From: Octopus bimaculoides | Taxonomy: Eukaryota | Direction of reading: 5' to 3' | NCBI RefSeq assembly: GCF_001194135.2 | Contig: NC_069000.1 | Coordinates: 16,779,140 to 16,820,193 of the forward strand | Length of the DNA stretch: 41,054 nucleotides | In this document: in pieces, positions 25,174 through 37,358 of the stretch | How the letters are laid out: each line of letters opens with the position of its first letter | How positions within the stretch are numbered: the stretch's first letter is position 1 | Position numbers and translations under genes: made by a program | The notes under the pieces: generated by a model | What the model saw: only the letters and a program-made list of their open reading frames with translations | What the model was told of the DNA's origin: nothing | The model's database searches: none

Positions 25174-26309
25174 AGGGAGTTAATAAAAAGCTGAACTTCA
25201 ACTTTAAGATTTGTAGATCTTTTATTGATCACACTAATTTTTAAAACTAAATATGTATCTCGAGAGACACGCAGATTCCAAAAGATTCAGCGTTTAGTTT
25301 ACTGTCTGTTAAATATAGCGTCTGTCAACACGGACATTAATCACTACTTTCACATACATCACCACTTTTGCCGGTAGATGTTTCTGGGTTATCGCTATCT
25401 TCACAGAGACCATCTTTGGTGCCAAAAATTGCATTACTGATTCCACACTTTTTTATACTTCGTCTATTATTTCTATTCATCAACTGTCCGTGGTATTTTC
25501 ACTCAGTGATAAATCTGTGCAACATTATGCCACTTCAGTCCGTTCTGTTCCTTTACTAAATTCCTAGTAATCATTTACTTGCTTCGCTATTCTCGCATGA
25601 AACTTCTGAATGGCTTCTCTTGTTAACTGAAACGTCGCGTGATGGTAACTGTGATGATGATAGCTTAAGTTTTTCGGGGTTTTTTTTTTTTATTTGTTGT
25701 GTTGTTCTCTGTCACTTTTGTCTTGTAGACTTGTAATTGGGCTCACGCTAGTAATGGTGTTTTTTAAATTGACAACCTAGACGCCGTGATTATTCTTTGT
25801 CTGGCCACAGTTTCACATAACCTTCGACTATCCGTAAACAAGAACACCGAATGTGATAACTTATTTGGGTAACGCTTTTCGTTTAAAGATTAGTAAAGAT
25901 GGAAGTTTTGTGTCGATTGGATTATTGACCAAAATACGCCTTATTTGGAAGCTCAAATGTTATAGCAATGACTGAAATTTCACATTCACCCATTCTATAT
26001 TTTGAAACTAGAGTGTTTCTGGAAAATTTCTTTGTATTTTTTTCCATTTCGTCTAGTTTTGAGGCATACAGTATCTTTCTTTTTTAACACTCGACGTCTT
26101 AAAAGAAGGTTCCCTGGAGAAAACGCGTGGGCATGCAAGGCGCATCCCAAATTCAGCAGTAAAAAAAAGAGCACCAGGGGGCAAAATTAGCTTACGGGCG
26201 TCCCACCTTCGCATATAGGACCCGAGGTAACTTTTATTTTTAGCTATAGCTTTGGTAGAAAAATACCTCTTTCTGCGATCAAATACGATGTGTGTATGTG
26301 TGTGCGCGC

Positions 26310-26356
<47 letters not shown>

Positions 26357-26516
26357 TGTGTGTGTATTTTATGTACAACACAGCGTGAATCTAAAGTACC
26401 GAAACAAATTTAAATATTACAAACTTTTTAACTGTGATCATGAAACTATACAAGTATGTAAACACAAACCGTCTATGCTTTTGATGTGAGAGAAAAAGAT
26501 TAGAGGGAGCTTCCTG

Positions 26517-26572
<56 letters not shown>

Positions 26573-27264
26573 TTGTGCTTGTGTCTCCCTGAGAGTGCGT
26601 GTGTAAAATCATCCAAATTTCCTTATGCGGCTAATGACCTTGAAAAATAAAAAGACACATCTCATTATCTCACCTCCGAGAAACATATGGTCTTCAGTCT
26701 AGTCAAAAGCAGGTAATGTCTGTCTAAGTATGGTATTACATATAAAACGCCACAGGCCTGTAAACATTCCACCATGTGTCTGTCATACAAGTACACTTTC
26801 CAGAACAGTACACATATGTACATATGTATATGAATTAGTAAAACTTACACAACACGAAGTGGAACATATAAATTCATTAATTCCAAAAATAAGAATATAC
26901 AGATATATTAATAAGTCAAATGCGTGAGTGTAGATGACCTTTGCAGAGCCTCCTAGACTGTGCGTACTGTGTCGGTGAGTGAGTCTTTCCCAATTAAAAA
27001 TATAACCTTCCTTCGAGAGAGTCTCAGATGAAATTTGCGTGTGCGTAGTTGTAACACCGTTCTATAGATATGAGCAACCCTTCAATGTGAGTAATATTTA
27101 AGCATTTTTTGAGTAATGAACTAATCCCTCTCTATCATTTTATAAACGGCTGGAAGAAATTGAGTAATGTAACCCTAATTTCACAGTATCTAAATAGAAC
27201 TAATAGTTTGAAATGCCTTTCAGTCATAGCTCTGCCGAGTAAGAGCTGACCTGACGTTATACAA

Positions 27265-27594
27265 CAATGATTCTCAACCAGGGCCCATGTGACGCCTCCA
27301 TATAGGATTTTGGGGTCCACACAAGCAAAATTGTAAACTGGATGCACAATAATATTTTATGGGTCTGTGAAAAGATTTTGTTTTAGATGTATGTATTGGA
27401 AGACACTGCTAGTTTTCTTTCTCTAACGGTTTACATAGTTCAGCCTACACAAGGGATTGTCCGAAAAGCAAAGTAGGAATTTTGAAAGATGGATCTGTAA
27501 ATCTAGTTTTTAAACAACTAGTAGCTATGGAGGCTTACCAGAATAAAATAATAACCAAAGAAGTCCATAGTTAAAAAATGGTTGAGAAACACTG
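27265..27594. mobile_element. hAT (Charlie-type) MITE
   Basis: Imperfect 15-bp TIRs caatgattctcaacc / ggttgagaaacactg; 8-bp TSD ttatacaa / ctatacaa. Confidence 0.85.
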
Positions 27595-27814
27595 CTATAC
27601 AACAACAACAATAAACTACTACGACTATAAATATCTATAAACGGTCTTTCCTCCCTCTTCGTAGTTTGAAGCAAAGAAAATAGTCAAGAAACAAACAACC
27701 AAAAAGCCCCAAGCACAGAGTACTGTTGCAATGGCTTCTACAAAACAAAGAGGTCTATAATGTGGTAATTGTGATGGCGGTGGTGTATGCGTGTGTTTGT
27801 GTGTATGCGTGTGT

Positions 27815-27935
27815 GTGTGATTGGTGTGCACATGGTTAAGAAATTCGCTTCGTCGAGTTCGACCCCACTGTGTATCACATAAGAAAGTGTCTTTTACCAT
27901 AGCCTTTACTCTACAGAGTCTTATGAATGAAACTG
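27815..27935 (+). mobile_element. Decayed SINE family A-related head
   Basis: catggttaagaaattcgct...gagttcgaccccactg...aaagtgtcttttaccatagcc resembles the family A 5' module. Confidence 0.5.
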
Positions 27936-27979
27936 TGTGCAGGAAATTGTGCGAGATTTTGTCGAGTGGACTCCATGTG

Positions 27980-28135
27980 TACGAGGAATGTTCATTAAAG
28001 AGTTCTCCTGGCCCACTTCCCAAGGACTGTGATAAACGAAGCTTGCCATAATTATTAGTCCTTCTCTGCATAGCCACCAGCAATGGTGACACACTTCCTT
28101 CATCGCTTTATGCAGCTGTAAAAACCTCGTCAGTA
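27980..28135 (-). mobile_element. Mariner 3' end fragment
   Basis: Minus strand FYSCIKR*RKCVTIAGGYAEKD* followed by a terminus ending ...aacattcctcgTA, typical of a mariner C-terminus and TIR. Confidence 0.55.
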
Positions 28136-28434
28136 GAAGTCAGTAGGTTGTGTCTGGAACCAAGACTTTACAGATCCGCATTCAACTACTTCCATTATAA
28201 CACCTTAGTCCACTTCAGCAGCAGTAAAAGTCAAACGAATACAAGTGGGAAGCTGCAATTTACAATATGACATATAGAGACATGCATAATGATACCTGCA
28301 CAACCGGATACCTGCAATAACCGGAAGTGGGTCAGAGAAACTCTTTAATCAACACCCCTTGTAATAATAGAAAGGTCGAAACTCGTCACACGCTATCATG
28401 CTGATTTTAGTTGAGGATTACGTAAAGAAGACAA

Positions 28435-28865
28435 ATGTCTGGAAAATTCTCAGCCACGTCAGGTACAAGAACTAAAGGGGAACTACTCTGTGCTCTATTA
28501 TTCGATGAATTCAGTGATCAGTTGATCAAAGCACTTTTTGGATTTGGGGGAGGGGGCAGTTTAGTCAGGGTAGAGAAAAAGGCCTTAGAAGTTTTATTCT
28601 TTCTAGGGTTTCCGAGATTCGTGAGAAAAAAAAATGGAATTGATCTTCAAACCAGAAACTTTGCATGCATGCTTAAAAGAGAATAATCTCCACTAAAGCT
28701 CAACCAATGACCTGGTGGTAGTGTTAAATTGCACAAAGACGTCCATTCAATATCTCAGAACATAAAAGCTGGAAGATATACAAGGCATCTCGCCTCGACC
28801 CTAGAATAATCCTGCCAATACACCAACATATCCCCACTGGAAGATTCATCATCAAGACCAAGGGA
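28435..28865 (+). mobile_element. Possible very decayed RTE-like LINE fragment
   Basis: KGELLCALLFDEFSDQLIK loosely resembles QGxxLSPxLFNIYxDxLIK, and KSWKIYKASRLDPRIILP..IPTGR resembles an RTE C-terminus. Weak similarity only. Confidence 0.3.
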
Positions 28866-29532
28866 GGATTCATTTATATTATTTACTAGGATGGTGGTAA
28901 GAGTGTAGCATGTGTGTGTATATGTATGTGTGGTGCATGTGTAGTGAGTGCATGTGTGTGTCTGTATATTGTGTGTGTGTGGGGGGGGGGGTATATGCAC
29001 TGCGAAGTATAAGTATGCTATGTGTAGTGCGTGTGTTGTATGCTGTATGTACTGTGTGTGTTGTAAGTCAACTGTGTGAGGTGTATATGTGATGTGCGCG
29101 GTGTTTATGTGCTGAGTGATGTGTATTGTCCATACGTGCTGTGCGTGTGCGCGCGCATGTGTGTGTGTGCAGTGTACGATTGCTATGCATAGTATATGTG
29201 TGTTGTGTATAGTGTACATCTGTATATTTGGTGTGTATTACATCGCAACGTTATTGACGGTTGTGGAAGGGATCTTGTTTTTATTCTTTGTACCTAAATA
29301 AGCTCTGATCTACTAGACGTATGAAACATTTCTGCAAAGACCATCCTGTTTTCTTTTAATGCATAATATAACAGGGACTGCATTATCCAATGGGTGCTAC
29401 TTTGGTGTGTGATCTACAAGTTAGAGGGCGATTACTTTAGGTTACGTCTTAGTTTATTTTTCAGTTTCTAAAACGACTTAACATGTTGGCTACATACATT
29501 TTACAATAAATTCTTTTGTACATAATTAGTAA

Positions 29533-29687
29533 TACTCTTTTTCTCTTTTACTTGTTTCAGTCATTTGACTGCGGCCATGCTGGAGCACCGCCTTTAGTCG
29601 AGCAAATCGACCCCAGGACTTATGCTTTGGAAGCCTAGTACTTATTCTATTGGTCCCTTTTGCCGAACCGCTAAGTTACGGGGACGT

Positions 29688-29769
<82 letters not shown>

Positions 29770-29943
29770 ACATATATACGACGGGCTTCTTTCAGTTTCC
29801 GTCTACCAAATCCACTCACAATGCTTTGGTCGGCCCGAGGCTATAGTAGAAGACACTTGCCCAAGGTGCCACGCAGTGGGACTGAACCCGGAACCATATG
29901 GTTGGTAAGCAAGCTACCTACCACACAGCCACTCCTGCGCCTA
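29533..29943 (-). mobile_element. tRNA-derived SINE family A, near full length, with expanded internal (CA)n(TA)n
   Basis: Head (reverse complement) aggcgcaggagtggctgtgtggtaggtagcttgcttacc...ggttcagtccc; tail tactctttt...cttgtttcagtcatttgactgcggcc. Confidence 0.92.
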
Positions 29944-30585
29944 TGATTGTAAGTGTATTTTTTAAAATTCTTACAATTTTAATAATAATAAAACCATGTT
30001 TCATGTATGTCTTAGTAAATAATAATAAGAAACCAAGAATAAACAATATAGTAATTAGAATAAGCGTGTAGGTCACAGCTGCGAGTATTTTAACGTAAAG
30101 AAACTAAAAACTAACCTAAAGTAATCGCCATTGAAGTTGTAGATCACACGCCAAAGTAGCACCATGCAAGGGATCTTTTCTTTTTATAAAAGGATAGCCT
30201 GTGCGACTTCATTAACCGATATGACCTTACATTCCAGGTAAGTAATGGTAGGGGGGGCTCTCTGCATAGTCTCTTTTCGTCATGGTTTCTAAAGAACATA
30301 CAACTGTTGTTGTTGTAGCTGTTGCTGCCGCTGCTGTTGTTATTTTTGATGTGTACGACAATAGTGGAGCAATTTTTTGTTTAGATCTACGTCTGATCAA
30401 GTAGATCTATCTTTGGTCCAGGGAACTCCACGAATAAACCATATTGTCTTTTTCGAGTTTTTAAAAAAATTTTGTCCTCCAAACCTAATACAAGTAGGAA
30501 TACTTATCCGATATGACCTTCAGACATAGCTCGTCTAAGACTATACCATCATTTGTTTTGTCTCGTTATATTTCTTGCAAGAAAG

Positions 30586-30798
30586 GAGACAAGGTGGCCG
30601 AATAGTTACTTAGTACGCCAGGCATTTCGTCCAACGTTTCGTCCGTCTCTACGTTCTGAGTTCAAATTCTGCTGGGATCGACTTCGCCTTTCATCCTTTC
30701 AGGGACGATAAAATAAATAGCAGTTGAGTACTGGGATCGATCTAATCGACCTATCCTTCTCTCGAACTTGCTCGCCTTGTACCAAAACTTGAAATCAA
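30586..30798 (+). mobile_element. SINE family B with 18-bp TSD
   Basis: Body homologous to 32977. Perfect atatttcttgcaagaaag at 30568-30585 and 30799-30816. Confidence 0.88.
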
Positions 30799-31362
30799 AT
30801 ATTTCTTGCAAGAAAGATTTTGTTGCTATTTCTAGCGGGCTAAATGCCTTCCGTACAAGCGCCATTGCTGCCTCGAAAAGATAGAATTTTATGCAAAGAA
30901 ACGGTAATGGTGGTGGTGGTGATGCTAGTGGCAGATTTGATGCTAACGGTAGTTGTGTGTATGTGTGTGTGTGGTGTGTGTCTGAGAGAGAGAGAGACAG
31001 AGACAGAGAGAGTGTGTGTGTGTGTGGTTACTGGAACGGTGGTAGGTTCTATATATAGCCACTGCTGCCTACACGCTGTAAAATGATACGTTGTCTATAA
31101 CATAGAAAGGGTTTCGTTAGTCGTTTGGTAAAGAAGAGATTGCTGAAAGAAATGGCGTTGAAAGAAGTATGTAAAGTAAAGTAGGACACAGTTTAGAAAA
31201 CCCGTTGCAAACGCCGTCTATTTTCTTCTATCGGCAATCACACTCCACTTCTTCTTTTTCCTTCCCCCTCCCTATTTTCCTTCCTTCCCACCTTCTTCTC
31301 TTCTTTTTCATTTTCTTTCCTTTTTGTGTTCTACCCTCTCGCTCACCCACTCTGTGTGTGTG

Positions 31363-31420
<58 letters not shown>

Positions 31421-31561
31421 TATATACACACACATATATATTTATACATATATATATTTATTTATATATAAATATTGCACATATATATTCTTCCATATAA
31501 TACATACACACACACACGCATGCACACACAGGAATACACACACATATTTATTCTTCCCATC

Positions 31562-31619
<58 letters not shown>

Positions 31620-31648
31620 NNNNNNNNNNNNNNNNNNNNNNNNNNNNN

Positions 31649-31684
<36 letters not shown>

Positions 31685-31859
31685 ACTCACTATTTATGTA
31701 TGCTGGAGTGTGTGTATGTGTGTGTGTATTATGTACCACATCCCCACATACACTCTCACTCACACACCTGAAACATTTCCTCACACTTAGAGCCCATCCG
31801 CCCGCCATTAGGCAAGACTAACCCCAGTTTCGCTGAGGCGTTTGGGTGTGGTAACTGTC

Positions 31860-32160
31860 ATAATGATTGTGTGGGGAAGGAGGTTGCTGGGTAACAGCAC
31901 CGGTACAGCTATTCCTGGTTGTCGTGATGCTGGTGTTAGTGATGGTACTGAGGGTACTGGCGGAGGTGGCGACGGAGGTGAACAGTGGTGGTGGTAGTTG
32001 CTTTGGTAGTATGAAGCTAGTAGTGTTAGCGTATTGGTAGTGCTTGTGCTTGTTGTTGTGGTGGTGGTGGTGGTGGTGGTGGGAGCGATGGTGGTAGTGG
32101 TAGTGGTGGTGGTGGTGGTGGTTGCGGTAGTGGTGGCGGTGGGGGTGTTATTAATCTTAG
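31860..32160. repeat. (GGT/GTT)n-rich low-complexity tract
   Basis: Direct reading; runs into the gap at 32161. Confidence 0.85.
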
Positions 32161-32375
32161 NNNNNNNNNNNNNNNNNNNNNNNNNNNNNNNNNNNNNNNN
32201 NNNNNNNNNNNNNNNNNNNNNNNNNNNNNNNNNNNNNNNNNNNNNNNNNNNNNNNNNNNNNNNNNNNNNNNNNNNNNNNNNNNNNNNNNNNNNNNNNNNN
32301 NNNNNNNNNNNNNNNNNNNNNNNNNNNNNNNNNNNNNNNNNNNNNNNNNNNNNNNNNNNNNNNNNNNNNNNNNNN

Positions 32376-32454
<79 letters not shown>

Positions 32455-32583
32455 TGTGTGTGTGCGTGTATGTGTGTGTGAATGTGTGTGTGTATGAGTG
32501 TGTGGATATATTAATGTATACGTGTTTGTGTGTATGCGTGATATATTATATATACATATAGTGTATATATAATATATATATAT

Positions 32584-32618
<35 letters not shown>

Positions 32619-32976
32619 CATGCATGTATGTATATGTACGTATGTATGCATATATGCATGTATATACACACTTACATATATGTGTGTATGTACACGCATG
32701 CATACATGTACGTCTTACACATTAATAAGATTCATTGTAACCAATGAAAACACACTGTTATATTCAGTTTTACGTTCAATTTTCGTTGGTGTCAAAGATG
32801 CTTTTCATTCTCTTGGGGCCGATGAAGTAAGGTACGCGTCAACTATTGGCATCGACGATATCAACAAGCTCCGCCTACTCTTTAAAAGGTTACTAGTTTT
32901 GTGACTCAATAAGGAATCCTTGTTTCACTACTAAGCCACTACCAAGCTATCTGTTGCCACAAATTTTAGAGAGCGA

Positions 32977-33210
32977 AAGGCGGCGAGCTGGCAGAAACGT
33001 TAGCACGCCGGGCGAAATGCTTAGCGGTATTTCGTCTGCCGCTACGTTCTGAGTTCAAATTCAGCCGAGGTCGACTTTTCCTTTCATCCTTTCGGAGTCG
33101 ATTAAATAAGTACCGGCTACGCATTGGAGTCGATATAATCGACTTAATCCGTTTGTCTGTCCTTGTTTGTCCCCTCGATGTTTAGCCCCCTGTGGGCAAT
33201 AAAGAAATAT
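32977..33210 (+). mobile_element. tRNA-derived SINE family B, best-preserved copy
   Basis: aaggcggcgagctggcagaaacgttagcacgccgggcgaaatgcttagcgg...gttctgagttcaaattc...gtcgacttttcctttcatcctttcggagtcgattaaataagtacc. Confidence 0.9.
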
Positions 33211-33300
33211 ATAGTACAAGACACGTGCACAAGGTGCCTTGCAGTGGGACTATACCCGGAATCTTGTGGTTGAGAAGGAAACCGCACAACCATGTCTAAG
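33211..33300 (-). mobile_element. SINE family A head fragment
   Basis: tatagtacaagacacgtgcacaaggtgccttgcagtgggactatacccggaatc matches the family A 5' module. Confidence 0.65.
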
Positions 33301-34176
33301 CATACAAACATATGTGTAAGTGCGCGCGCGCGTGTGTGCATGTGTTTGTTTGTATGCACGTGTGTGTATGCGTTTGCGTGTGTATGTTGGAAACATGATT
33401 GTATGCTCATGTTGCTTTTTTGTATTGAAGATTTTCCGCAATTCATTTCTAAGCCTATATAATGCGTTAGTGGAGAAAATAAATTTCGGTCATCCCTCGA
33501 CGTTTGTGGCCCGAATTAATATTTTGAATGAAATGATTTCAATTACCAGTTCCTATAACCGCATTGTTTCGTCGTAGGCGTGAATCATGGGAAAACTGAG
33601 GCGTACAACTAATTATTGGACTTTAAAACTGTTGGTCGTTCATCTCAGGTTTCATTTAGGTGACTGGAAATACTCTAGCAGTGATGTCTAGACTAATGTT
33701 GTTACTACGATACCATTATCGTTTATTAAGTTTTATGTTATTTTGTTAAATTAATATAACATTGTTACGAAGATTAGTGAAGTGGGAGGAACGCTAAACG
33801 TCGGCTGGGTTTCTTGTTTCATCATTTTACGATGTGTTCCATTACTTCTAGTACCAAGTTTGTCTTTCATTCCTCCAGATTCATTAAAATCAGTATATAT
33901 CAGCAACGGAAGAAGTCAGTTTTTATTGACTATAATAACTAACCCACCAAATTGTTAGTTTTTTTTTTTTTTTGAGGGGGGCTGGTGAGGTTAGATATAA
34001 CAATATCTTCCATGATTAAACGTTTAGTTTTTGAGGATATTCTAAGGAAGATTTTTCTTTTTAACACTTAATATTCCCTGTGTGTGTGTGTGTATGCGCA
34101 TACGTGTGATTATATGTGTATTTGTGTGTGTGTGTGTGTGTGTTATAATCTGCTACATGAGCTTTTCATTCTAGAT

Positions 34177-34456
34177 CAGTGGTTCTCAACCATTTTTGGC
34201 TATGGACCCCCTTTGGTTCCTATTTTACTCTACTGGACCCTCCACCCCACCCCTCAAAAAAAAACATTCGATGTTTAAAAAAAAGGTCCAATATATTATC
34301 ATAATTAAATATTATTAAGAATTAATTGTACTTTTTGTAAATATCAACATATTTTCTGTATTGCAGAAGTATAATTAGTTTATTGCTCATAAATCTTAAC
34401 AGTAAAATATTATGAGGACCTCTAAGGGTCATATGGACCCCGATTAAGAACCAATG
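34177..34456. mobile_element. hAT (Charlie-type) MITE, same family as 27265-27594 in the opposite orientation
   Basis: TIRs cagtggttctcaacc / gattaagaaccaatg; TSD ttctagat / ctcttgat (6/8, NTCTAGAN-like). Subterminal motifs shared with the 27.3-kb copy. Confidence 0.8.
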
Positions 34457-34676
34457 CTCTTGATCAACCGGCGGAAGACGGATGGTTGTGCTCGTTTGGA
34501 CGATGTAATTAGTTGCAAATTACGTAAATTATGATGCGCTCCAGGCTTCCAGTAATTCATGAATTTTTCGCTAAAACCATGTTAACATAAGTTCTACTCA
34601 TAAACATATCAATTTGTAATTTTAAAATGTAAAATAAATAACAAATAAGTAACAAAGTACTATCTGAATTATGCTA

Positions 34677-35066
34677 TGTTGTTGTTGGCACTCCGTCGCT
34701 TACGACGACGAGGGTTCCAGTTGTTCCGATCAACGGAACAGCCTGCTCGTGAAATTAACGTGCAAGTGACTGAGCACTCCACAGACACGTGTACCCTTAA
34801 CGTAGTTCTCGGGGGATATTCAGCGTGACACAGTGTGACAAGGATGACCCTTTGAATTACGGGCACAACAGAAACAGGAAGTAAGAGTGAGTGAAAGTTG
34901 TAGTGATAGAGTACAGCAGGGTTCGTCACCATCCCCTGCCGGAACCTCGTGAAGCTTTAGGTGTTTTCGCTCAATAAACACTCACAACGCCCGGTCTGGG
35001 AATCGAAACCGCGATCCTATGACCACGAGTCCGCTGCCCTAACCACTGGGCCATTGCGCCTCCATA
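34677..35066 (-). mobile_element. tRNA-derived SINE family C, full length, 11-bp TSD
   Basis: Reverse-complement head tggaggcgcaatggcccagtggttagggcagcggactc...ggtttcgattccc (A and B boxes); (caa)n tail. gaattatgcta at 34666-34676 and 35067-35077. Confidence 0.92.
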
Positions 35067-35786
35067 GAATTATGCTACATACTAAGCTAAAAGCCCTGTT
35101 GTCTTTGTTCTCTGCGCTACTTGAGTTTTATTGTACCCAATTAGTTAGTGATTCCTTGACCCTATACAAATGGCTGTTGGATAAGATAATTTGTATCTAC
35201 AGATACACACTGATGATGTTTTGGGACAGCTGTTGTCCATTAAACTTAATATACTGAATATTCTTTGCAGACCAACGGTGGGATAAAATGAAAAGTGGAA
35301 GCCAACTTGCAAAATTTAAACTCGGTCATTAATCAACTAAATTAATTATTACTCAGTGTATTACTGTCTATGCCACTCTTACAGACCAGGTAATAATAAT
35401 ATCACAAGAAATTGCATTAAGATAATTGCAATAATAAAGGTTTCAAATCTGGCAAAGTTCAGTAATTTTAGGGAGTGAAGGTTGGTTGCTTGGTTATCTA
35501 CTTTATGGTTTAAGTTTGGATGTTTCATATATATTGAAGTTTCATATATATTTGGGAGGATTACTAAAGTTTGTTGATCAGTTGTCACTAGTTGTGTTCA
35601 TGCAACGTCTTACAAGAAGCAAATAACTTCTATAAATGTTTCCTAGAGCAGTATAGCAAGCGAGCTTGTTACTTAAAACATAGGCCTATGAAGTGGGCAC
35701 GTCGCAAATGATCGGAACCGAACACATTAATGCAATTCTTACCACGTTCAGCAATGGTACTTGATGCAGTATTATTTCTGCGATGA

Positions 35787-36003
35787 GTGCGACAAGCTGG
35801 CTGAAACGTTAGTACGCCGGACAAAAGGCTTAGTGGCATTTCGACTGTCTTTACGTTCTGAGTCCGAATTCCGCCGAGGTCGACTTTGCCTTTCATCCTT
35901 TCGGGGTTGATAAATTAAGTGCCTGTTCAGCACTGGAGTCGATATAATCGATCTACCTTTCACCCACGTGCTTGCTGGCCTTGTGCCAGAATTTTAAAAC
36001 CAA
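35787..36003 (+). mobile_element. SINE family B with 17-bp TSD
   Basis: Body homologous to 32977. tattatttctgcgatga at 35770-35786 and 36004-36020. Confidence 0.9.
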
Positions 36004-36744
36004 TATTATTTCTGCGATGATGATTCTGAAGATCATTTTGACTGAAGTACGTACAACTTAAACTGTGAACACAGAATCGCTTACTGTGCCTTTCTTCCTT
36101 CCTTTTGCGCTTAAGAATTTCTCAATAAGATTCTAAGACTTCAATTAAACACCTCTTTATAAAGTTATTTCGCTGCAAGTTATGGTCCATTTACCTAACA
36201 TTCGTCAATAAAAAAAGTTAGCATGAGCAATAAATCGCTTAAAAGCGTGTTTTTATTATCCTCACAATATTCTCCGACTCATTTTTGTTCTTGCCCTCCT
36301 TTCTTTATGTATTCAGGTGTTCTGCCAAATCTGTTAATTCTTCGGAAAGCCTATTTCTTCTCCTTTCTTATCAACAGTAAATTCCAATAAGTCACATTCC
36401 GCATATTCCATAATCACATCCAACCCAGCCTTTTCCACCAACTTTGAAACTTCTTAAATGACTGTCGTGTTCCCTCCACCAACCCAACACATTCAATGCC
36501 GGTCACTGACACGAGTAGAAATTCCTTCCAAATTGCATATAAACGGTTTGCAAAGGAAGTGTTTCCATATGATATGAATATAATGGACATCATTCAAAAT
36601 GTTAAATGATCGACAGATGTTTTAATGTTATATCAGGCTTTGTGTTTAAGACATGGATCATTTGTATAGGATTCCTGCAGGAAATACTCTTTGATGTCTT
36701 GGTCAATCTGCTATAAAACGAGTTTGGAGGCATCTTTTATTTAT

Positions 36745-36925
36745 TTTTTTACTTGTTTCAGTCATTGGACTGCGGCCATGCTGGGCCATGCTAGGCCATT
36801 GCATTGAAGGATTTAATCGAACAGATCCATTTTAATACTTATTTTTGAAGTCTGGTATGTATTTTATGGATAACACTAGTTGTCAAGCGTTGAGGGGAAC
36901 AAACACAGACACACGCACACATGCA
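36745..36925 (-). mobile_element. SINE family A 3' half, decayed
   Basis: tacttgtttcagtcattggactgcggccatgctgg...gttgtcaagcg...aacaaacacagacacac. Confidence 0.7.
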
Positions 36926-36934
36926 CACATACAC

Positions 36935-36981
<47 letters not shown>

Positions 36982-37054
36982 TTAACTGTTTTTTTATTGG
37001 TAGGATCACAAAATCTAGTAAGGCATAAACATGGTTTAATATACACAGTTAAAT

Positions 37055-37142
37055 ACGAACTACTATTAGTTTCATGCTGTTGAAATACAATAAATCAGCC
37101 GACGTGTTGTGATTCCACAGCATGAAACAAATAGCAGATCGT
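37055..37142. other. 88-nt imperfect hairpin (36-bp stem, 16-nt loop)
   Basis: 37055-37090 pairs with 37107-37142 with 5 mismatches and 1 GU. Confidence 0.85.
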
Positions 37143-37188
37143 GTTTAGATACTGCGTGTGTGTATATATANNNNNNNNNNNNNNNNNN

Positions 37189-37271
<83 letters not shown>

Positions 37272-37312
37272 AACTTACTTGGAATGAGAACCTAGGTTCG
37301 AAATTTCCCAGA

Positions 37313-37358
37313 GACACCTGATGAAGGCTGGAGGATATATCAACCGAAACGTTGTGTT
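37313..37358 (+). ncRNA. Minimal type I hammerhead ribozyme motif
   Basis: GACAC-CUGAUGA-A-GGCUG(GAGGAUAUAU)CAACC-GAAACGUU-GUGUU. Stem I 5 bp, stem II 4/5, palindromic AACGUU stem III. Downstream tail of aaataatgt repeats. Confidence 0.75.

Noticed and set aside
28320-28329. Perfect ETS motif accggaagtg
   Set aside because: An isolated 10-mer among TE debris with no promoter context.
35270-35330. Acceptor ttctttgcag followed by QRWDKMKSGSQLAKFKLG
   Set aside because: It runs into a stop without a consensus donor; any similarity to PH domains is too weak.
36330-36450. Minus-strand peptide LDVIMEYAECDLLEF resembling kinase subdomain V
   Set aside because: Bounded by stops, with no polypyrimidine acceptor or good donor and no other kinase exons seen.
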